A stretch of 44,304 nt of DNA from an uncultured Candidatus Marinamargulisbacteria bacterium (GTDB taxonomy: Bacteria > Margulisbacteria > Marinamargulisbacteria > SXXA01 > CAYGHZ01). The number at the start of each line of letters is the position of its first letter. Position 1 is the first letter of the stretch. The position numbers were made by a program, and so were the translations under genes. Shown piece by piece: positions 34,141 to 43,100 of this stretch. The DNA lies in the NCBI GenBank assembly GCA_964349635.1, contig CAYGHZ010000001.1, forward strand, positions 1 through 44,304, given 5' to 3'. A model generated the notes under the pieces. It saw only the letters and a list, made by a program, of their open reading frames with translations. It was not told the DNA's origin and did no database searches.

Positions 34141-37100
34141 GAAAAACCCGTTACCATCACCTTTCAAGCCACTCTTTACTCCCCGATCATCGGACTTTTA
34201 GAAGGCAGCCATATGGTGACCGCCGGCATTTATTCGGGCAAAAAGCCCCCGGCGATTTGGAGGGAGGGCCGGCGATCCGTTTCGTTTAAGAAGGGGGCAT
34301 TTAGCCTCATTCTTGGCGCGCAGGATCCTACGAACAACGCACTTTTACCCGCACATTTTGATATCGCCTCGCCCACGCTGGGCCTTATTATTTACGATCA
34401 GCTTTTTTTCTTTCCGATAACGTCTATTCCTTATGCCATTAAGAGTATCGTCGCTGAAGAGGCCTTGCAGGCGCCTGCGGAGGGAATTTCAGGCGATTTT
34501 ACCTCGCGCGTCGCCATTAATGCGCCTTTGTTCGTCGACCAAAAGACATTTTACGTCGACCCGCTGAAAAACCGGGTTGGCATCGGAACAACCCAGCCCA
34601 TGGCCGAATTGGATGTCATCGGCAAAATTGATTCTAAGGGCTTACTGGTTAATGGCAAAAGTTTCATCGACACCGTCGCCTGGCAGCCTAATAAGTCCGT
34701 CGTGAAAACGATTCACACAAAGACTAGCGTTGGCATCGGCACGACTCGACCGATCTTTGGATTGCATGCCACCGGCACGATTAATGCAATGGCCTATACG
34801 ATCAACGGGCAACGAATAGACGGAATTCTCGACTGGCAACATCCGGCCGTCGTCTCCGATCTTTATTTTCGCAAAGGGGGAAATATCGGCATTGGCAGTG
34901 CGGACCCCCGCTCCAAGTTGGACGTTCGAGGCTCATTGCGGGTCGGGGAAAGCGCCGATACCGTTAGCGGCAATATTCGATGGAACCCCATCACATCGAA
35001 AATTGAAGGGTTCAATAATACTCAATGGCTTCCTCTGACCGGTATCGTCGGACAGGGCGTGGCCAATAGTCCGGTGTTTTGGACAAGTTCTCAAGAATTC
35101 GGTAATAGCGCCTCATTTTTCTGGGACAGCGCTAAAAGCTATTTGGGCCTCGGGACCAAAACGCCTCGCGCTTGGTTGACTATTCAATCGGACGGGGCAG
35201 CGCCGTCGTTTATCGCTTCCGCCAACCAGAATTTGGTTTTTGTGGGCGCCAATAACAACATCGGGATCGGCACCAGCACTCCCAACCAGAAATTAAGGGT
35301 TCGCGGACTTTTAGATAGTGACGAGTTAACCATTGGCGGCCTTAATCTGAGGCTTGCTTTATCCACCGGAACATTTTGGCTTCGAAACCCCAAAGATAAT
35401 AGCTTGTTTTATACGCTAGGGAACGTCGGCATTGGCCGGCCTGATCCAGGCAGCTTATTGGAATTATCCGGTCGCAACGTCGCCGCCGGAGGTAAATCAC
35501 AAAACCCCGCCATGACCTTCTCGTCCTCATCCGCCAGTTTCACGATGGGAGCGGATTTGGCCGATAGCGGCGTCTTTAGAATCGAAGCCGGAAAAGTGCT
35601 TGGCGTCAGTACGCCTTTATTTATCGCTCTCGAGGATCGATTGGCTATCGGAATCCGCCATCCGCAGGCGAACTTGCATGTCAGCGGAAACGCCGGAGTC
35701 GTTTTAGCCGGAAAATTTTTTGGCTCGCCCGAATCGTTTGGAATTCAGCAGGCGCTGGATAAAAGAGAACCGGGTGTGGTCATTATTACGAAGAATATTC
35801 CCGCGGAAGGTCCCGGCACACGAATGCTTTGGTTTGCCAAGCGCGCCGCCTTTCGAGCCGGCCACTTGGACACCCTGGGCCTGTCGGGCGGCAAAGAATG
35901 GAACGAAGACAATTTAGGAAAGTTTTCGGTTGGTTTTGGCCATAATACGCGTCCGGGAGGAGCTGTCTCCGCTGTTTCGGGGGGCCAATCCAATACGGCG
36001 GATGGCGCGTATGCCACCGTTTTGGGCGGGTCTGGCAATAGCGCTGCGGGCGATTTTAGCGTCGCCGGCGGCCAACGCGCCAAGGCGCTTCATGCCGGTA
36101 GCTTTGTCTGGGCGGATTCTCAAAGCCGAGACCTTGTCTCCCATCACGAAAATCAGTTTCTTATTCGCGCCCAAGGCGGGGTTGCGATAGGAACCACCCA
36201 GACTCTTTTTAACGATCAGCGCGTCGCGTTGACTGTGGCTGGCAAGGCGGTGCTTGGGAATGCATTTGTTTCCTCACCCCAACAGATTAACGAAGCCCTT
36301 TCCGCCGAACTTCGAAACGACCTTCGCAGACACAATTATATTAACGATGACGGCAGTTTTACCTCGCAATTCTCTTCGCTGAATCCCCTTCAGGTAGACC
36401 CGACTCACAATGCCTACGCTTTCTTTATGAGGACCGTTTTGACCACAATTTATGACTCATCGATCATCAAAGCCGGGATTGTGGTTAAGAACACCGGGAA
36501 GGTCGCGATAGGCGCCGCCGATCCCGGGAAAAGCCGGCTCTTAGTCTCCGGCGGAGCGGTTCATATTGGATTGCCGACCGCGACCTCAAACGGAAATGTT
36601 GTGGTGCGTTCCTCTGCCGATCTTCCCAATATCTTTATGGCGCACGGCGTTAAGGACAATGCCAAAAATCCCGCGATGGCGGTGGTGGATCTGGGGCACA
36701 CCGGATTTGGCCTGTTTCCGACTATTTTTACCGCCATTCAAAAGCCCGGGCTTCAAGTCGGCAGCGGAAATATCGCCGCAACGGCCTATAAACTGCCGGA
36801 CAACACCTCGCTGGGCGTGGTTCCGATTGAGCCGTGGGAAATTGTATTGGCCACCCCTAATGTCTATTTCCCGACGGGCAACATCGAACATATGCGAACT
36901 CATCCCGGAAACGTGGGTATTGGCACCACATTGCCCAAATCCGCTTTCGAGATTTCCAACATCGGCAGCGTCCAGTTTGACACCCCCAAAAACGCGGCCA
37001 TGTCGATTCAGTCATTTACAATGGGCATCAATCATTTGTTACCTGATGTTTTCCGAGTCGAAAAGAATTTGACTCTGGATAGCGCAAGTCCTCTATTGAC

Positions 37101-40100
37101 ATTAAAAAATGCAACTATTGGGATGGGAATCCTTAACCCGCAAGCGCAATTGCATGTAGGCGCCACCGCCCTTTTTAATGGCACGGTGCGCTTCACCCCA
37201 ACGCCAATTCCCAATGCGCCGGTGGTTCCCCCGTTTGGATTCAGCCCCGCCCCGGCCGACACCTCCTATATCGCTACGGCGCCCACGGTCAATGTCACGA
37301 CACTTTTTGTAAACCATGAATTGTTTGAAGCGTCCGGAAGTAAATGGAATGTATTAAGCAATAACGACATCTTCAAACCGGCCATTGGAAGCTTCGTGGG
37401 GATCGGCACCACTCAACCTCAAACCATGCTGGCCGTTATCGGAACGATCAACGCTACCAAACTCGTGGTCGCCAAAAATCTGAAAGTAACCAATGTCCTC
37501 CGCTTAGGGCAGCTTAATTTTCGGGACGGTGGCGATCTAGCCAGTCTCGTTGTTAAGAACGGGAAATTGGTTCAGCAGGACACGATTTTTGTTTCCGATA
37601 CGTTGTCTGCCGGATCCGGCTCCGGAGGCAAGATTGCCTTTTGGGTTGAAGATCCGACCGTGGCGTCTCTTTCTCTGTTGGCTGAGACCCATTTTGTTTG
37701 GACCAGTCCGACCCCCTCCAAAGCCGGAACGCTTAGTCTGACTGGCAATTTTGCCGTATCCAACACGCGCACGGCGGCTTCTAGCTTTAGCGTCAAAAAT
37801 GACTCGATCCTCGGGACGGCCAACGCCAATTCGGCCTATACCATTACCTCAGGGATTGGGCACAACGGTTTTTATAACCTCCATTCCCGCGACTTCTCAA
37901 ACTCCAAAATTACGATCGGCATTGATTCGTGGCTCGGTTCTCCGGCGACTTCCGAGATTACGGGCGCTAAGGTAGTCGTGGCTAACCGACCGGGCGTGCT
38001 CCTGACGCAAAACGGCTCGGCCCGAGGTCTCACGATTGACGTTTCTAAAGTCAATGTTCAGGCCGCCGGTGATCGCGGATTCAAATATGCCGCATTATTT
38101 AACGGAAACGTCGGTATTAATACCTTTCCGGTTCCGGATCCCCTTTCGCAATATATCTTGGACGTGAAGGGAACCGTCGTTGCAACGCAATTCAACATCA
38201 CAAAGCGTCTTTCGGTTAGTACGATCAATGTTCAAACCAATGTGTTGCGAGTGACCGATGCGGGCAAGGTCGGCATCGCTACACAAACTCCCAAAACCGC
38301 CATTGAAATTATCGGAACTGTTCTGGCCAAGCAATTCAAGGTCAAAGGAGCCGACATTACGAATCTCGATATACGTCAAGGCAGCTTGGTCGTCAACACG
38401 CAGCAACCTAATAGCGTCGGCATGGGCACATCGGCGCCCGGCGCTCAGCTGGAGATTCGAAGAGATTTCTCGAGCACTCCGGCCTCTGACTATTCGGCGC
38501 AAGTTATTAGTGCGAATGCCCAAAGTATCACGCACAACATCACCGCCGTGGATCTCGATATTCAATCTGCGGATTTTAGAAATATATTAGGCAAGCCGGG
38601 CGAACCCCATATCGCGACCGGGATCAATATCAACCTGTCGGGAACGGCAGCCACCGAAAATGCGGTCATTACCGGCTTCAAGGCGATCATGAACCCCGCC
38701 GACGTTACACGCAATGCCGCCGCGATCTTGTTGGGCGGCAATGTCGGCGTCAACATTTCGGAACCGACAGTTTTATTAGATATTTTGGGCACAATCCGCG
38801 CCAATAACGTGGTTCAAACCAACTTATTAACCAAGCAGAAACGCGCTTCCTTTGGCCGCCTGGATTTGACCACACCTAACGTTAGCATCACCGGCGACAC
38901 GTTGATCGCGAAAGATATTCGGGTTTCTACCTTTAATGCGCTTGCGTCAGATGGCGCTACTCAAAGCAAGCTGATTGTTAATCAAAAACTCAATTTGCCA
39001 GGGATTCTTCTCAACGTTGCCGGAACGTGGCTGGGAAAAACCATTTCGGTCAACCAAACTGTAACGGCAAAGCAGGCTCAATATCATGACAATGCAATCG
39101 CCGTTCGGGGCCATTTTGACGGCGTCGGCCTTGGTCAAAGCGCACCTACGAAAGGCCTTGTCGTGTCCAACACGTTAACTGCCAAGCGTATGGTTGTTAG
39201 AAACAGCCTCAACTCGCGGTCGATTCAGTTCCATACCACCGGAGTGATTTCCGATTTGAACGGAAACATCGGCATTAATACGTCGGTAGCCAGCAACCGT
39301 CTTCATATCAATCCTGTTCTTTCAAGCAACCCTGCATTCAATAGCGCCGACAATACCACGTGGCAAGCCCTTAGGGTTCATTCCACAACCTCCACGATTA
39401 ACGGCATAGTTTTTGTGCCCGAATCGGGCACAGCGACAGACACCGGCGCCGGCATTGCCGCGCTACGAACGGTTAGGGGCTCTCATTTGGCAATTATTAC
39501 GGACCCAGATAACGGATTGCCCGTCGAACAGGTTCGGATTACGAATGCCGGTAACGTCGGCATCGGAACCACGGCGCCGGACCGGTTGTTGAAGGTCGCC
39601 GGTACAGCGCGATTTGAAAACGATTTGACTCTCTCGTCGCCCGCACAACTCAATGCCTCGGTTATTCAGGGCCGTAGCGGATCGGGCATTACCATACCTA
39701 ATCTGCTCGCGATCACCGCCACCGCAAACGTCTCCGCCAATGTCATTACGGATAAATTTATTTCGATTCGCACCCTGACAAAACCGGGTAGTGTGGTAGA
39801 CGCGGGCGCCTTATTTGACAACGGCGGCCTGTTTTACCAATTTACGACATCGGGAAATTTGACTCAGTTTTTGTCCAATAAGACAGGGACCATCCCTTTC
39901 TTTAACGACAAGCAAAAACTGACCGACACGTCGGCGCTATCCTGGACCGCAAGTTCCGGAATCTTTCGGGTGGGTACCGCCAATATGAAATTAAGAAACA
40001 AACCCTTGGTTGACGTGGTTAATACCATCCCGTCCAAGAATCTTATTGCGACGCCGTTTACCGCCCATTCCATTCGACTGTCCTTTTTGGATCGCCCAAT

Positions 40101-43100
40101 CGACGCCAGCTCGCAATTCGGCAAAACACTATTTGCAGGTCTAAATATCAATTTACCCAAACAGTATATCCCTCTCACCGAAACGGCCCGGGGATTGGCT
40201 ATTAGTGTTGTAAGCCTAAATGCGGTGAGCAGCACGCCGTTACCTTCCGAAGAAGATTTCTCAATCGAAGGGCGAAAATTTGCCGCTTCGTTTGTGGGTG
40301 GCGCCGTTGCCATTATCGCCTCGCCTAACGTTGCGTTGCGGCCCAGCGCCGATCTCATGGTGGTTGGTTATGGCTCGCATATGGACGCCCTTAGAATCGG
40401 CGACGGGCTTGCTGTTGATCCGTCGGGCAGAGTGGGAATTGGAACCACGCTACCTACCGCAAAAACAACGATTAAAGGCAACGGAATTGTACTGCAAGCC
40501 CAAGATAGCCTAGGCATCGAATTGATGAAGATTCGGGATAACGGCTATGTCGGCTTCGGCGTCTCCCGGAATGTGGCCCAAATGACCGAAATAGCGGGAA
40601 CGGTCAGCGCCAACGTCATGAAAGCAGGTCGCCTCATAGGTTCGATTTTGAGCGCCGGAGGCTCGAAGTTAGTCGTTCTGGCCAATAAGAACGTGGGGAT
40701 CGGAACAAGCACCCCGGCGGCTCAATTTGAAAATCAGCAAATTATTTCAAGCCCGACTGACCCCCGAACCATGCTTGAAAAAATTGAGCAACGCCTTGGC
40801 ACAACTATCATCGCCAATCTCACCGGCCTTTCGATTGTGGTAACCAGCAATTCGCTTAGCAATACGTTTGGGCTGGTTGGAACCCCTAAGACTGCCCTTG
40901 GACTGAATATCGCCGCTACTCAGCTTCAATTGCATCCTAGCGCCAATGCCGTTGGCCTGCGCGTCACCGTTCCAAATATCGCCGTTAGCCGAAACGCCGC
41001 TATTTTACTGGGTGGAAACGTCGGGATCGGGACTACCACCCCCACGGCTAGTTTGGCGATTGTAGGCACGCTGCGCGTGTCAGGGCCGACATTTTTCACG
41101 TCTAGTTCGGCATTCAGTACCACGCAGATTGCGTCGTTTAACCGGATGGTAGTCACAGCTGGTGCGCCAAATATAAATACCGCTACTTTCAAAGGCCTGG
41201 TCACCGTCACCAAAAACATGACCTTCGCCAATAGTGTTTCTTTATTTAAGAAACTTACCGGACGAGTTTCCGCCGGCGGCATCGTTGCCGGTCGCGGTCA
41301 AATCGCCAACGTCGCCGTTGCCACGGTCAACCGCACGGCTACCCGATTCAACATGGTTGGCAAGGCTAAATTTACCGGCTTGCTGGTAAAAAATACACTC
41401 TTCTCCAACACCATTACGGCCAACGCCGGCATTACAGTCACTTCGCCCATGATCATCGACGGAGCGGCCACGGTCACCCACAATGCTTTCACGAATTTCC
41501 TTTCGTTAAACTCGATCGCCAATCCCGCCCAGAATGTGTCGGAATATTTGTTTACCTATTCAAATCAACTTCGCTACCGTTCCGGCGGAGTAACTGCCAA
41601 TCTTAGCGCAAGCGCCTCGGGCGTGCCCGGCCAGTTGCCCTTTTATGACCAATCAAAATCCGTTAGCGGCAACACTTTCTTAAACTGGGCCATTAATAAT
41701 CAGTCCCTGGTATCCACGCTAAATGTCCGATTGATGGCTCTTAAATCTACGATTGGCTCAGCCGTTTCCGGCGTCCATGACGCGCAACGCCTAGTCCTTA
41801 AGTTCCTGGATCGACCGCAAAATACCGGCGTTGTTAATCAAGGGGATTACCTGTTCGCGGGCCTTCATGTTATGTCGACCGGCAACACCACCGTCACCCT
41901 CAACGAAACGATGACCGGACTGCGGGTGAGCGTGGCGTCTCTTAATGCGCAAAGCTCGACCATATTGCCCCCTGATGAGGGCGGCTCGATCATTTCCGGC
42001 CAAAAATATGCCGCGACGTTTTTAGGCGGCGGCCTGAGCATTGCTACCAAACCAACCAAAGGCGTGGTTACGGGCAATGCCTCGCTCTATGTCAATCACG
42101 GATTCACCTCGAACCCTGCGTTTCGGATTGATTCACCGACGTCTAACCTGTTTGCCGTCTACCCCGGATTCGTGGGTATCGGCTCTACAACCTATGGCGG
42201 CCGATTAACGGTGACCTCGAATCTAGAAGTGCTATCCGGCGGATTAAGTCGATTTAAAGTCACCCCCGCAGGTCAAATCGGAATCGGAACGTCGGAGCCT
42301 GGCGCGAATCTCCATCTCGTCGGCTCGTTTAAAGTTACGTCTAACGCTGTGACCCGAATGATGATCAATTCCGTGGGACAGATCGCGTTTAATCGCGCAA
42401 CGTCGGACGCTTCCCTTCGAGTAAGTGGCGACGCACAACTAGGCAATGGATTGTGGTTATCATCCGGCAAGGCCAGTATTGGTCGTATCGCAAGCACTTA
42501 TTATCCGTTAGCGGTTTCCGGCAACATCGTTTCCGGGCAACAAATTTTCCCAACAAATCGAATTCTGGCCTGGTCGACCTCGGCCAATATCGTTGAACGG
42601 GCCGGCAATGAAGTGATGCGCATCACAGACCAAAAATCTCTTGCAATAGGCACTAAATTACCCAGCGCAAGCCTTCACGTCTTTGCCGCGGCGCCAAAAA
42701 ATATTTTCCATCTCAGCAAATCCGCCTCACCCAATATTATGGTTATCACCAACACGGGGCTTATCGGACTTGGTACTCACCTTCCCTCCGCCAACCTTCA
42801 TATTCTTGGCAAGTTAAAGGCTAATCGGATCATTGACCGGCCGACACTACTGATCGCGCCTAATATTATTGTGACCAACAACAAGACTGGCGCGAATAAC
42901 TTTAAGATCGCCAATCAAGTCACCTCCGGCGAAGCGGCGACTGGCTTTGCGTCCTCGATTGCCTTATCCAGTGACAGCGATAAATCGTTGATGGGTCTTT
43001 CCATAAAACTAAAATCCACCGTGACACAGAACAACCCGCGAGTTGTCGGCCTTCGGGTTAACAACGCTCTCTTCTCCGAAGACGCCAATCTCGCCACCGA

